A stretch of 39,497 bases of DNA from Alloascoidea hylecoeti. Taxonomy: Eukaryota. The notes under the pieces were generated by a model. The model was not told where the DNA came from. It worked only from the letters and a program-made list of their open reading frames with translations, and did not search any database. The stretch spans positions 67,420 to 106,916 of the forward strand of contig BCKZ01000039.1 of assembly GCA_001600815.1 (NCBI GenBank), in the 5' to 3' direction. Positions 21,798-33,015 of the stretch are shown here, piece by piece. The position numbers and the translations under genes were made by a program. Each line of letters begins with the position of its first letter. Position 1 is the first letter of the stretch.

Positions 21798-23339
21798 AAT
21801 CAAAATCTTGAATTGTATATTTCCTATGAACATTAAGTTAAGTTGCACAACTTTAAGACCGTTCATCCAAGAAACAAATCTTGCAAAAGTAGTTTTACCA
21901 CTACTACTAGCGCCAATTAAAATCATATGGCCCTGTGGCTGCCTTAAAACCCTATCAATTCTTAAAATATGGTCAAGGGCATCATCAAATAGAACTAATG
22001 AAACTTCTAATTCTTCTTCTGAAAATACTCTCAATCTTTCTTTTACAAAAACCCTTAACTCTTCTTGATCCACAGGAATATAGTAATTGCTTGTCCAATC
22101 AGAGTAAAGTATAGGTCGTCTTAGAGCTTCAAGGTGATCAATATTGGGGAAATTTTCCATTGCAATCTGATTAACTAACTCCGAAGTCCAATTCTTTTCT
22201 TCATCCTTGACTAATCTATCGTAAAACAATCTTAGAGCCTCGTGTGCCCAAAGACGGACCAATTGTTCCAGAGACATATCCTCAAGTGGTTTAATTGCTT
22301 CATATATAGCTCGGACCCATCTTGTAAGTTCACGGGGACTGTAGATGTAGTGAGATCGCATATCCGGGGTGAATCTTTGACGGGATCTCATATAAAATTC
22401 AACCATCGCATTAGTTAATGGTGCAGCATAACCTCTTAATCTAGGGACACACTTTAGTACAGCATTATTGAAGGTTTCATATATTTGTCGAAGAGAGGTT
22501 TCACCAGGATAGTCAACCATAATAAGCGAGCAATGTCGTAAGAATCTCAGACTTAATGTTGATCTCCCTGCATCAGTTGGAGGATTACATGCACCAACAA
22601 TTTGTACTCTTGAAATTGAGACCTACTGTTTATCTTTAGGTCTCCAAAATCCTTGCTGTTCTATAAGCTGCCTTATGAAAGATATTACCTTCTGTGTACC
22701 ATATTTATCAGGAGCTGGTAGATTGATTTCATCACAAAATAAAACTAGCCATTTTCCAATTAGTGTCGGTGAAAGCGTAATACCCTGGGGAGTCTTCTTA
22801 TATTTACAATACTGTTCCAAGGTTTTGATGATAGATAATCCAACCATTTCAAGAGTTNGTGACTTTCTTAATGCTCCAAATAATGTCATTGTTTTACCAG
22901 AACCAGGCGGACCGCAAAGAAGCACCGGTTTATGATCATTAAGAATACCATAAATCAAATCTTCATGTCTAACAGTATCTAAAGTTGGGACAATAATATC
23001 TGGTTGCGTTATAGCATGTGTTTCAAGATCAGTATGAGGAACTTGTCTGATCCACATCTGCCATGAGGCCTCTGGTAANGACACATCAAAATCAATTAGA
23101 TTATNATCACCAGGCGAATAATTTGAAAATNCAGGAAGAGNGAATAATAAAAGCCCAAAATCATTTCTTTCATCAAGGGGACAATCACCTGAAAAAGCCC
23201 ATGTTAAACTCAATAAAATAGATTTGGCAGCATAATCTTTNGAGACTTCCTCATAGGATGAAGATCCAGATTCGACGAAATAAAGAACAAATTTTCGACA
23301 GTAGACATCAATCATTGTAAAAAGCATTTCGACACTATG
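21798..23339 (-). pseudogene. DYN1: Cytoplasmic dynein heavy-chain fragment (AAA3 through the start of AAA4)
   Basis: Motifs [66 protein letters not shown]. Lesions: TAG at the conserved Trp (22623-22625), a short deletion of the NFS..TT motif, a 5-bp duplication frameshift near 21835, and truncation near 21798. Confidence 0.92.
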
Positions 23340-24014
23340 NNNNNNNNNNNNNNNNNNNNNNNNNNNNNNNNNNNNNNNNNNNNNNNNNNNNNNNNNNNNN
23401 NNNNNNNNNNNNNNNNNNNNNNNNNNNNNNNNNNNNNNNNNNNNNNNNNNNNNNNNNNNNNNNNNNNNNNNNNNNNNNNNNNNNNNNNNNNNNNNNNNNN
23501 NNNNNNNNNNNNNNNNNNNNNNNNNNNNNNNNNNNNNNNNNNNNNNNNNNNNNNNNNNNNNNNNNNNNNNNNNNNNNNNNNNNNNNNNNNNNNNNNNNNN
23601 NNNNNNNNNNNNNNNNNNNNNNNNNNNNNNNNNNNNNNNNNNNNNNNNNNNNNNNNNNNNNNNNNNNNNNNNNNNNNNNNNNNNNNNNNNNNNNNNNNNN
23701 NNNNNNNNNNNNNNNNNNNNNNNNNNNNNNNNNNNNNNNNNNNNNNNNNNNNNNNNNNNNNNNNNNNNNNNNNNNNNNNNNNNNNNNNNNNNNNNNNNNN
23801 NNNNNNNNNNNNNNNNNNNNNNNNNNNNNNNNNNNNNNNNNNNNNNNNNNNNNNNNNNNNNNNNNNNNNNNNNNNNNNNNNNNNNNNNNNNNNNNNNNNN
23901 NNNNNNNNNNNNNNNNNNNNNNNNNNNNNNNNNNNNNNNNNNNNNNNNNNNNNNNNNNNNNNNNNNNNNNNNNNNNNNNNNNNNNNNNNNNNNNNNNNNN
24001 NNNNNNNNNNNNNN
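23340..24014. other. Assembly gap (N run)
   Basis: 675 consecutive N. Confidence 1.
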
Positions 24015-24673
24015 GCAAACCGCTTAAATTTCACTATAATACTCTCCATTCTGTGTGGTAAAGAAAAGAAAATGGGACTGATAAGAAGGATGAGGTAGAA
24101 GTACAATTACCTGGTGATGCATTATACTGATTTATTTTTATTTGAGAATAAAATAAGCATTTGTCCGGGTAATGGCCCCAATTTAATCGTTTTGAATAAT
24201 TTAATAGTTGTCCGGGAAGTGGATTATACATAAGTCAAGTGGCCTAATATTTAGCTTCAAAGGCGGCCCAAATTAAGTGTATAATTAATTATAAGAGCGT
24301 TTACTGCTTTTGGTATTTTATTGTACTTTACAATTAGTATGAGTATACTATTTATATTATATTGATATCTAATTTATTTATTTGAATTGTCCCCCGTAGA
24401 TACTAGATATGTACTGCAGCTCACATATCTTCAATTTGTACACCTTATCCTTATAATGATTAGTTTTTATATATTTTTATACACTTCGCTCAAAACACAC
24501 TATCCAACATTCTCAAGTTGGTACGATAATTAATGAAAAAAGGTGTAAATACTTGTAAGACTTACACCATATTAATTGCCATAAATATTATATTAATTCC
24601 TGATTTTATTATATATATTCACAAAAAAAGAAAGTACTTACACAATTGAAAAAGCAATTCTATTAAAGATTAA

Positions 24674-26038
24674 ATGACTATTGAAAATAACTTTCCAGAC
24701 TCAGAATTTGAAGGAGAAGATCAATTGATAAATCAACAAGAAGAATTCAATGCTGAAAATCATGATGGCGCTGAGGGTAATCCTAATGAGACCCAGGTAA
24801 GCGCCGCTGATCCTGAGATGGAGATGCTACAAGCAGAAGTAGCGTTGATTCGACTACAATCATCCACAAATATATTTCCTACAGAAGAATCAACTGATGA
24901 GGATCATTTAAAGAAGAAGAAATATTCCACTTCAATAAAAGAAAAATCACATTTTATGGAAGAAATAGAATTTTTACAAAATAGTTATTCAAACTCGAAG
25001 TCTTTTAGTTTTTCTCTAAATTTCTCAGGAGAGTGCTCGAACCAACAACTTTCGGATCCTTACAGGCAACTACAATTGATGAATATTTATGACAAGTCAC
25101 TTGAAAGACAGTCTTTGTTTGAGAAAAAATTAAAGAAATTTAATGAAACTTTAGCCCCTGAGAATATGCTTAAAAATATTGATTTCATATATTATTGGGG
25201 TGAAATAAATATCAATTTATTACCGCTAGATTTGTTTCTTGACCAACGTTTAATTTCGCTAAGATCACAAGTGTATGATGAAACACAACCATTGTTTCCA
25301 AATTTGATTACGTCTTGTAAGAGTTACNTATATAATCACCCATACATTCCATCTACTGAGATAACAACTGGTTTAAGTAATTATTATGCTTTGGATGATA
25401 NAGAATCATTTTGTTTTATTTTGAGAGAAGCAATGTTAACCTTAGAAGACTATTTAACAAGCTATTCAGAGACTCTCAAAAATGTAAAACCAAAAATACA
25501 ACTAGATTTAATGAAATACCAAACTGAAAAATACCCTACAATTCCTTATGTGCTTATACCTTTACAAATTAAAGAGTTTTATATGAACTTGAAACAATCT
25601 GAATTTCCTAAGTTTTCTAATGAAATTAAGTATATGCTAGAAGATAAAGAGCTTTTTAAGGCAATTATGAATATAATTAATATAGATATTCATCATGATC
25701 AGGAGGAATATCTTTTATTTGACGTGGATGAAGTTGAATATTTATCTGATTTATCTGATATTGAAGATTCATCTGATTTATATGATATCGAAGATTTAGC
25801 TTCTATCTTAAAGTCTGTCAGTGATTTTGATATTGACCCTGAGTCTAATTCTGATCCTATTTCTGTCCGTCCTGCTCGCCCTACTAGCGCTCCTACTGTT
25901 ATTCCTACTCTTGATTGTCCTCTTGGTCGTCCTGTCCCTGCTCATGCCCTGACTCATGATCGAGTCCTTGGCCGAGCTTCTCCACAAACTCATTGGTGTT
26001 TTCGAAAATTCTGTTTCTGTTTTAGAATATGTATATGA
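24674..26038 (+). CDS. Orphan protein inside the LTR structure; its C-terminus runs into retroelement-like C/T-rich sequence
   Basis: 454-aa open frame with an acidic N-terminus. Base composition switches at about 25800. Confidence 0.5.
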   Translation: MTIENNFPDSEFEGEDQLINQQEEFNAENHDGAEGNPNETQVSAADPEMEMLQAEVALIRLQSSTNIFPTEESTDEDHLKKKKYSTSIKEKSHFMEEIEFLQNSYSNSKSFSFSLNFSGECSNQQLSDPYRQLQLMNIYDKSLERQSLFEKKLKKFNETLAPENMLKNIDFIYYWGEININLLPLDLFLDQRLISLRSQVYDETQPLFPNLITSCKSYXYNHPYIPSTEITTGLSNYYALDDXESFCFILREAMLTLEDYLTSYSETLKNVKPKIQLDLMKYQTEKYPTIPYVLIPLQIKEFYMNLKQSEFPKFSNEIKYMLEDKELFKAIMNIINIDIHHDQEEYLLFDVDEVEYLSDLSDIEDSSDLYDIEDLASILKSVSDFDIDPESNSDPISVRPARPTSAPTVIPTLDCPLGRPVPAHALTHDRVLGRASPQTHWCFRKFCFCFRICI

Positions 26039-26522
26039 CTCGTCTTGTGCCTCTGTTCCCAGTCATATGTTTTTCCCAGTTTCTAGAAAGATATTATATT
26101 TTGATTATGGTGTTGCAGTTTTAAAAAAGACTTATCTTAAATGTTTCTCGAGTATAATTGGTTTACTAAGTTTAGTATTGGACATGTCTCATCTCGTGTT
26201 ATCTCGATTGTTTGTTACTAATGTTAATCCATCTGTTCCTACTATAGTTATCCCTGAGTTGATAACTGAGTCTTCATTAGACAATGGTCAAAAAGATGTA
26301 GTACTTGTCTACGATATAAAAAGGAATGATCCTGGCATTGATACTGTTACTGATACTGATACTTTTATGGAAAGTGCAACATGTTTGGCTTCGTTGAGTC
26401 CTTATAATAATACTGTTATTTCTAAGTTGGTTTTAATGTTCTTTGAATCGTCTATATCCCTTCTCATGTTCTTTCCTGCTGTTGAATTCCCATTCCTCAC
26501 TTTCGTATTTGATGTTCCCTGA
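25956..26522 (+). CDS. Retroelement internal ORF remnant (hydrophobic)
   Basis: 188-aa frame with the same composition as 20514-21797; it ends about 50 bp before the PPT. Confidence 0.35.
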   Translation: MIESLAELLHKLIGVFENSVSVLEYVYDSSCASVPSHMFFPVSRKILYFDYGVAVLKKTYLKCFSSIIGLLSLVLDMSHLVLSRLFVTNVNPSVPTIVIPELITESSLDNGQKDVVLVYDIKRNDPGIDTVTDTDTFMESATCLASLSPYNNTVISKLVLMFFESSISLLMFFPAVEFPFLTFVFDVP

Positions 26523-26575
26523 AGCTACTGGATGACTGGAATAGTCAAAAAGATCCTGGCTCTTGAGATAGACAT

Positions 26576-26582
26576 GGGGAGA
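26576..26582 (+). promoter_or_regulatory. Polypurine tract
   Basis: GGGGAGA immediately before the TG of the 3' LTR. Confidence 0.7.
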
Positions 26583-26703
26583 TGTAAAACTTTCTTCTTT
26601 CTTTATGGTTTCTTATTGTTATTATGTTACGTTTCATGCTGATGCACTCCCCTCGTTTCCATCTCGTTAATAAGAAACTATAAAGAAAGAAGAAAGTTTT
26701 ACA
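26583..26703 (+). repeat. 121-bp mini 3' LTR with 35-bp terminal inverted repeats
   Basis: 26583-26617 and 26669-26703 are reverse complements at 34/35 positions. The core matches 5' LTR segments 19509-19543 and 19615-19633. Confidence 0.85.
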
Positions 26704-26716
26704 ACCCAAAAGACGC

Positions 26717-26818
26717 GCTCCGTTGGCTCAGTTGGTAGAGCGTCAGTCTCATATTAATTGCCGTGTCATACGCAAACGTGTGATCTGAAGGTCGAGAGTT
26801 CGAGCCTCCCACGGAGCA
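26717..26818 (+). tRNA. Elongator tRNA-Met(CAU) with 29-nt intron (26754-26782)
   Basis: GCTCCGT/ACGGAGC acceptor stem, CT-CAT-A loop, T31:T39 pair, GTTCGAGC T loop, T-run terminator. Confidence 0.95.
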
Positions 26819-27663
26819 TTAATTTTTTGAAATGTTTTAAGAACAAATGATATATCATAGGGTGAAACCGCCCGTATTAATTGAGTAAGAAGTTAGAAAC
26901 AGTAGCAATAATACTATAAAAAGTAATAACATTACTCAAAAAAGAGTGAACCTCTAACATTAGTAAGAGGTGTTTGCCTAGTAATAGGTCTTTTTATTTT
27001 CACAAATTTTTGGTTGTTATAAATATAGTATTTATAGATAAAGCAGTTTAATATAGAGCCTTAATGGCCACTTAAAAAAAAAATTGTCATTCATATACTT
27101 GTGCTTAACCCTTAGGAACAAGGCCGAATATCTTTCATCAAGGCGCAATGGACACTTAAAACAAAAGAAAATACTGGCGAACTCCCGTTTAATCCTCTTT
27201 TGTTATATTTTCTTTCATTTCCATACACTAAGGGTTATTCAGTATTTCCTTAATTATTGCATTGAATTTAGTTCAAACTTACAGAGGATATCAAATTTCA
27301 AGTTATTTTATAAAAATAAGAAATATTAGTATTAATGCAGGTATAACACCCGTATATGCATCACAAATCATTTGAATTTAAATCGTCTATTTACCATTAA
27401 CCTCCGATGGCTTGATTTATCCAGCTATTTTTAAACTACTTGAAACTGACTAGAGGAGAGATGTTCTGAGTGTTTTCCCCAACTGCTGCCAATTTAAAAA
27501 AGTCCTGTGTTAATTAACGTTAAATAAGTTTATGCACTTCTGTCGTTTGAGATTCTGGTCCTGGGATATATCTTATTACCCTGCCATCGTTGCAAACATA
27601 AACAAAAACAAAACAAAAACAAATGAAATAAATATATATATTGTAAACCCTTTATATTTTAAA

Positions 27664-28835
27664 ATGGATTTAGATCAGGGAATATCTCCAAAACCTAGGA
27701 AAAGAAAAAGAGATCAAATAGAGCTGCTCATAAACTCAAGCCAACTAATAGTGACTTCTGGTTTATCGCAATTACGATATTTAATCCTGGTTGATGGTTT
27801 AACCACAAACCCAGAAACTGTATGATTTCTTATTAAATATGAAACCTTCTTAGATATTAAGAGTTATATTTTTAACTAATTACTTTTATTAGGGGATGTG
27901 CTCTTATAGACCTTATGTTTGGTCAATACTACTTCGAGTACCACCAATGAAAACAAAAGATTATGCTCGATTAGTTAGTAAAGGTCCTTCAGCTGTTTAT
28001 TCCAAAATACGTAATGATACCTTTCGAACATTAGCAACAGATTCAAAATTTATGAGGATCGTATCAGAGGATTCATTGATTCGTGTTTTAAATTCATTTG
28101 CTTGGAAATTAGAATCATCAAAGAACCATAATATTTCACAGCATAATTCTCATAAAGTTATAAGTAGAAAAGAAGGTAAAGCTTTAGAATCAATAGATGA
28201 ACAAACCGGTAATTTATCCCAATATGTTCAAGGAATGAATGTACTATTAGCACCTTTTTTATATGCTTGTAAAAGTGAGGTTGAAGGTTTTGCAATGTTT
28301 CATACGCTATTAACAAGGGATTGTCCTTTATATGTTGTTCCATCTCTTGATGGTGTTCATACAGGATTAAAAATGTTAGATATATGCTTGAAGATAATTG
28401 ATCCAAAACTATCCGATTTTTTAAATTCAAAACTATTAAAATCAGAACTTTATGCTTTTGCTTGTATGTATTGAAGAGTCTTATGTTCTGTTATTAATGA
28501 TCATAAATACTAATGAATCTACAGCTGTTCTTACATTATCAGCATGTACTCCACCGTTATCTGAAGTTTTAATATTATGGGATTTTTTATTTGCATATGG
28601 CACACACTTAAACATCTTATTTATAATAGCACAATTAATTCTTATTAGAAACCACTTACTACAATCTAAAAGTCCAATGTCATTATTACGTGCCTTCCCT
28701 TCTTTGAAAAGTCGTGAAATAATAAAATTAGGTGTGAGTTTTATTGCAAAATTACCTGAAAATGTTTATGATTTATTAAGTAGACATATGTGGGATGATA
28801 GTGCTCATGAAGAAATTATGAAGTTAAAAATATAA
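27664..28835 (+). CDS. BUB2: Mitotic exit/spindle position checkpoint TBC-domain GAP Bub2/Cdc16; exons 27664-27819, 27893-28463, 28525-28835
   Basis: Motifs RPYVWSILL, KIRNDTFRTL, YVQGMNVL, SVLTLSACTPPL, LWDFLFAYG. Introns GTATGA..AACTAAT..TAG and GTATGT..TACTAAT..CAG restore one frame. Confidence 0.93.
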
Positions 28836-28918
28836 TGTGTCGCAATGTATCCAATTAATTACTGATATCTTGTATTTAAAGTTGATATTTTAATTCCAAT
28901 TAATAACTGATATAAATT

Positions 28919-29021
28919 TACTTGTATATCATCATAAAAGATAGAAGGATATCATGCGGTTGAAATGTACTTGTATATCATCATAAAAGATAGAAGGATA
29001 TCATGCGGTTGAAATGTACTT
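28919..29021. repeat. Perfect 49-bp tandem duplication
   Basis: tacttgtatatcatcataaaagatagaaggatatcatgcggttgaaatg occurs twice, followed by tactt. Confidence 0.95.
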
Positions 29022-29646
29022 CTATACTTTTATTGCGATTAATTTGTATATTTGATTTTATTTTTTTTCAATTTAGCTTTGCAATTTATCAATAGGTATT
29101 TAATATGGAAGAAGAAGAATATATTGTAACATATAACGACTTGTAATTCCCTATGACCACAACTGTTGACATTAAACAAAATACACATTATTTGGCCAAT
29201 TAAAAGAAACTGGATATTCCTTATGGCGCATTTTTTAACAAAATAGAATCAAAGTAGACATAACAACTACACAGTAAGTCTAGTAAAGACCAATGATCAA
29301 GAAGAGAAGAAATGACGAAACTTATTTATCATGCTAAGATAATTGACTCCGTAAGATTCATCAATAATTACTTCTTTAAAAATAGCAAAATAAGATCTAC
29401 TGTCTTTGGATTATTTGGTTTGTAGTCATGCTATAGATTATGGTGCCTCCGCTTAAGTTTGATTACCTAAGTCTGCTATTCTCATAACTAAGTTTCGGCC
29501 ACAGAAACCATTATGGCCTAACTTAAGTGAACCAGTCCATGGGTGTAAGGATGTTTCACTTGTATTCTTTTTATAAGCTAGCTATCCTCCAAACTTATTA
29601 AAAAATATATATATCGAAATTTCACAACATTATCATATAAACAACC

Positions 29647-30498
29647 ATGGCTGAAAGAAAGACCCTAAATAAATATTACCCACCGGACTTTGATCCATTA
29701 TCCATCAAACCAAGGAGGAATAAAAAGCCTCCAACGGGCTTACAAACCGTTCGTATGATGGCACCATGGTCGATGAGATGTGTTAGTTGTAATGAATATA
29801 TTTATAAAGGTAAAAAGTTCAATGTTAGGAAAGAGAAATCAAATGAAAGTTATATGAATATACAAAAAATAAATTTTTATTTTAGATGTCCAAGGTGTGC
29901 AAGTGAAATTAAAATTAGGACTGATCCTAAAAATGCTGATTATGAACCTGTTTCTGGAGTTGTTCGAAATTATGATCCTGTTAGGAGAAATGAAGTGAAT
30001 CATGAGCAAACTCTTGAAGAGAGATTAGAAGAATTGGAAAAGGAACAAAGAGAAGGTGAGGAAGAGGATGAAGAGAATGCTATTGCAAAACTAGAAGCAA
30101 AATTATTGGACACAAAACGAGAACAAGAAATTAGCGAAGAGTTGGATAACATAAGGTCTGCAAATGCGAGGATAGAAGCTGCAAATGCACAAGGTATTTT
30201 ATCTGATAGTGTTAACTCCAAAATAATAGAGAAAGAAAAAGAAATTCAAAAACAACAGGATAAAGAGGATAGTGAATTAGCAAGGAAAGCATTCCGAAAT
30301 GCAGATGGTGAGAAAATAAGAAGATTGGATATTAACACAACTGATGCTTCTAATATATTATTATCCACGACAAAAGGCATAATATCGAATAATGTACTAC
30401 CCCAAACAAAAAATAGGGTACGAAAGAAAACTATAAGTGGTGTGAAGAGAAAAGGAAATTCTCTCGGAGTTATAGTAAAGAAGAAATCACTTGTTTAA
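29647..30498 (+). CDS. YJU2: Splicing factor Yju2/Cwc16
   Basis: MAERKTLNKYYPPDFDP start, two CxxC pairs, YKGKKFN, RTDPKNADY. Confidence 0.95.
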   Translation: MAERKTLNKYYPPDFDPLSIKPRRNKKPPTGLQTVRMMAPWSMRCVSCNEYIYKGKKFNVRKEKSNESYMNIQKINFYFRCPRCASEIKIRTDPKNADYEPVSGVVRNYDPVRRNEVNHEQTLEERLEELEKEQREGEEEDEENAIAKLEAKLLDTKREQEISEELDNIRSANARIEAANAQGILSDSVNSKIIEKEKEIQKQQDKEDSELARKAFRNADGEKIRRLDINTTDASNILLSTTKGIISNNVLPQTKNRVRKKTISGVKRKGNSLGVIVKKKSLV

Positions 30499-30628
30499 TT
30501 TTACTTATGCCCCACTCTTTAAAAATCCATTACATTAATATTAGTATCATATTTATCTTTAATTAATAGTCTTTGTCCCTGTCCTTTATAATGCAAATAT
30601 ATGGGGGAATTAAATAATCTAAGCACAT

Positions 30629-32815
30629 TTAACAGAAACAGCTACACCATTTATAACCGATTTTTGCCTGTCTTCCAAACCATAGATCAACAAGTTCAAT
30701 AACAAATTCAGCATCTGAGTTTGAGTATGGATCCAGACCCATCTCATGAATATCAGTAGGTGCAATCCATATAGTATCATTATCTGAATTAGTACTTGGT
30801 GAAATATCGCTGACCGTTATGCCAGACGTAGCCGTCTGTGAATAAGTAAGTGCATTAAACTCTCCAAATGTGCTGTAATGATCGCTATTTCTATGACGAA
30901 AGCCGTCAAATGTATCCTCGCTACGATCAGAGTGTAAATTTGTAAAACTATTACTTTTACCAATGGCTAAATCGATTGAATTTTCTTGACTTGAAATATC
31001 ATTGGCGCTTGTCTGTTCGTTTCCAACCACTGGTTCAGAAGAATTTGGTACTTCTGAATTAACTAATAAATTATCATTTTCTTCATCATGGCTTATTATT
31101 ACATTCGACAAAGTAACAAAAAGATGAATTGTTAGTTGTTGGAAATATCCTACAACTGAAACTTCAACAGATTCACCCGGTTGAGATAGTTTTATATTTT
31201 CATGATTATTCAATAAATTAGAATCTTCAGTAACTTCATCATTTTCATTATCGTTTTCATCATCACTTTCTGATCCTGAAAAAAAGCCTTCACTATTATT
31301 GTCAGCATCCATTCTAGATTTTTCCCCAGCAGTTGCCCACCAAAGGAACCCATTCAACGTAGCTTGGGTCCAACTTAATGGTTCAGTTAGGTTCACCCAT
31401 TTATCACGTTCTTTTACTATTTCCCCATCACCATCTTCAAATATTTGTTGTTCAAGATGTTGAAATCTTTTATAATCTCGAACAGTACTTCTTTGATTCT
31501 TTTGTCTTTCAGTACCTTTTGAAATAATTGAAATTTCAGGTGCTAATTGTTTATTTGGCAATTCATAGCCTTTCAATTGAACAGCCACATCATATAATTT
31601 TGTTTTATAAAGCAATATTTCATCTGTTGATACAGCTATAAAACCATTTTTTCTATATATTGAAAAATCTGATAACCAATCAATATCACCAATTCCAACA
31701 TTAAAAATTGGTCTAATTTCTAATAAATTAATATTTTCAAAATATTTTTGTCTTTGTAATTCTATAATCATATGAGATATTGATTGTGGTATAGCAGCTA
31801 TAATTGATAAGCAATAGGCATATTTTGCACCAAGTTCATTTGAATCAGCTCCAAATATCAATATTCGTTTCCTTAGTAAGGCATATTTCCATAAGCGAAA
31901 GGTTAATGGACCAAGCTCTTTGAGTAATGAGCAAAGACCTAAGATCATGTGATGTGAACGAGGGCGATGAGTTAATGGTGTTAAATTTTTTGGTTCCTTA
32001 ATATTTCGATCTGTAGATGATGACGATTCTTGGGGTTTTGATTTCAGTTTTTGGGATGAAGATATATTTGGGTTAATTATAGAAGCTGGTATTTTAGAAT
32101 TCGTCGAAACATCGTTATGTGAATAGTTGGAATTTGCCTTAAAGAAATCATCAAAAGATGACATTGAAGTTAGATCTTCACTATTCATAAATGATCCCAA
32201 TAACTTTGTCAAATCTTCAACATATTCCCAACCAGTACTATGATTTAGTGTCTTAAATTCAGTTTCTTCTTTCTTTTTGTTAACAAGGAATGGTTTTTTT
32301 ATAAATCCCAATGGACCATTATTTGTATGCGTTACAAGATCTTTATCTCCACCTGACAATAAAATACCCAAAGAGAACATTTTAACATCATCTCTTGTAC
32401 GAATCTCATTACTATCTCTAAAACCATTTTGTTGGAAGACTGCTACACCATTTAATATACTTCCAGGTAGATTTTTAGATGTAGCCTTAAAATTATTATT
32501 TGTGTTTTCTGGTTGAACAAAATAAATCACATCTTGTTCAACTGAATGTAATCCAGAAGGTAAACTTTTAAATTCAATACCTTTCAAAGATATATTTTCA
32601 TTGGTGGCTTTACTCCATTCAATTGAATACCCTGAATGAACGTTGAACTGTACTAGAAACATTGCAGAAATAGGGAGTCTATTCACCCCATTTGATTTAA
32701 GAGCCTGTTCACCATCAACATTTCCCTTGTTAGAATGATCAGAAGATCCTGCGCTTTTACTGAATCCGCTTGTTCCATCTTCACGAATGCCTTCGGTTGC
32801 AGGCGTAACAACCAT
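30629..32815 (-). CDS. ANR2: DENN-related protein, Anr2/LCHN (DENND11)-like
   Basis: FLVQFNVHSGYSIEW, IEFKSLPSGLH, LGPLTFRLWKYALLRKRILI, MGLDPYS..D..FV; Cys-rich C-terminus. Confidence 0.75.
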   Translation of the reverse strand: MVVTPATEGIREDGTSGFSKSAGSSDHSNKGNVDGEQALKSNGVNRLPISAMFLVQFNVHSGYSIEWSKATNENISLKGIEFKSLPSGLHSVEQDVIYFVQPENTNNNFKATSKNLPGSILNGVAVFQQNGFRDSNEIRTRDDVKMFSLGILLSGGDKDLVTHTNNGPLGFIKKPFLVNKKKEETEFKTLNHSTGWEYVEDLTKLLGSFMNSEDLTSMSSFDDFFKANSNYSHNDVSTNSKIPASIINPNISSSQKLKSKPQESSSSTDRNIKEPKNLTPLTHRPRSHHMILGLCSLLKELGPLTFRLWKYALLRKRILIFGADSNELGAKYAYCLSIIAAIPQSISHMIIELQRQKYFENINLLEIRPIFNVGIGDIDWLSDFSIYRKNGFIAVSTDEILLYKTKLYDVAVQLKGYELPNKQLAPEISIISKGTERQKNQRSTVRDYKRFQHLEQQIFEDGDGEIVKERDKWVNLTEPLSWTQATLNGFLWWATAGEKSRMDADNNSEGFFSGSESDDENDNENDEVTEDSNLLNNHENIKLSQPGESVEVSVVGYFQQLTIHLFVTLSNVIISHDEENDNLLVNSEVPNSSEPVVGNEQTSANDISSQENSIDLAIGKSNSFTNLHSDRSEDTFDGFRHRNSDHYSTFGEFNALTYSQTATSGITVSDISPSTNSDNDTIWIAPTDIHEMGLDPYSNSDAEFVIELVDLWFGRQAKIGYKWCSCFC

Positions 32816-33015
32816 TTGTTTTGTTGGACGTTTTGGTTGTGAAATGTTTCAAAGAACAAAGTAGCAAACTTAAGCCTTTCGCAGGCATTAACAACATAGA
32901 TAACTACAATCACGTGAAGAAGATATAATTTGTAATATAATTTAATTAAAAACATATTTTATTCATTAAATAATTTATAAAAACATAGTTTCTATGATAT
33001 TTCAATTTCTCCAAA

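Larger units (their letters stand above)
19410..26703 (+). mobile_element. Non-autonomous or composite Ty3/gypsy-like LTR element with cargo
   Basis: TG...CA ends, ACCCA at both 19405-19409 and 26704-26708, PBS, gag/protease relics, PPT, and related LTR cores at both ends. Spans an N gap. Confidence 0.7.

Noticed and set aside
21747..23327. Functional DYN1 or stop-codon reassignment at TAG 22623
   Set aside because: An additional deletion, frameshift and truncation show decay; TAG also terminates LHS1 normally.
23312..24106. ORFs made of X residues
   Set aside because: Artifacts of the N gap.
27532..27663. Upstream ATG extension of BUB2
   Set aside because: AT-rich UTR-like sequence; ATG 27664 has the better context.
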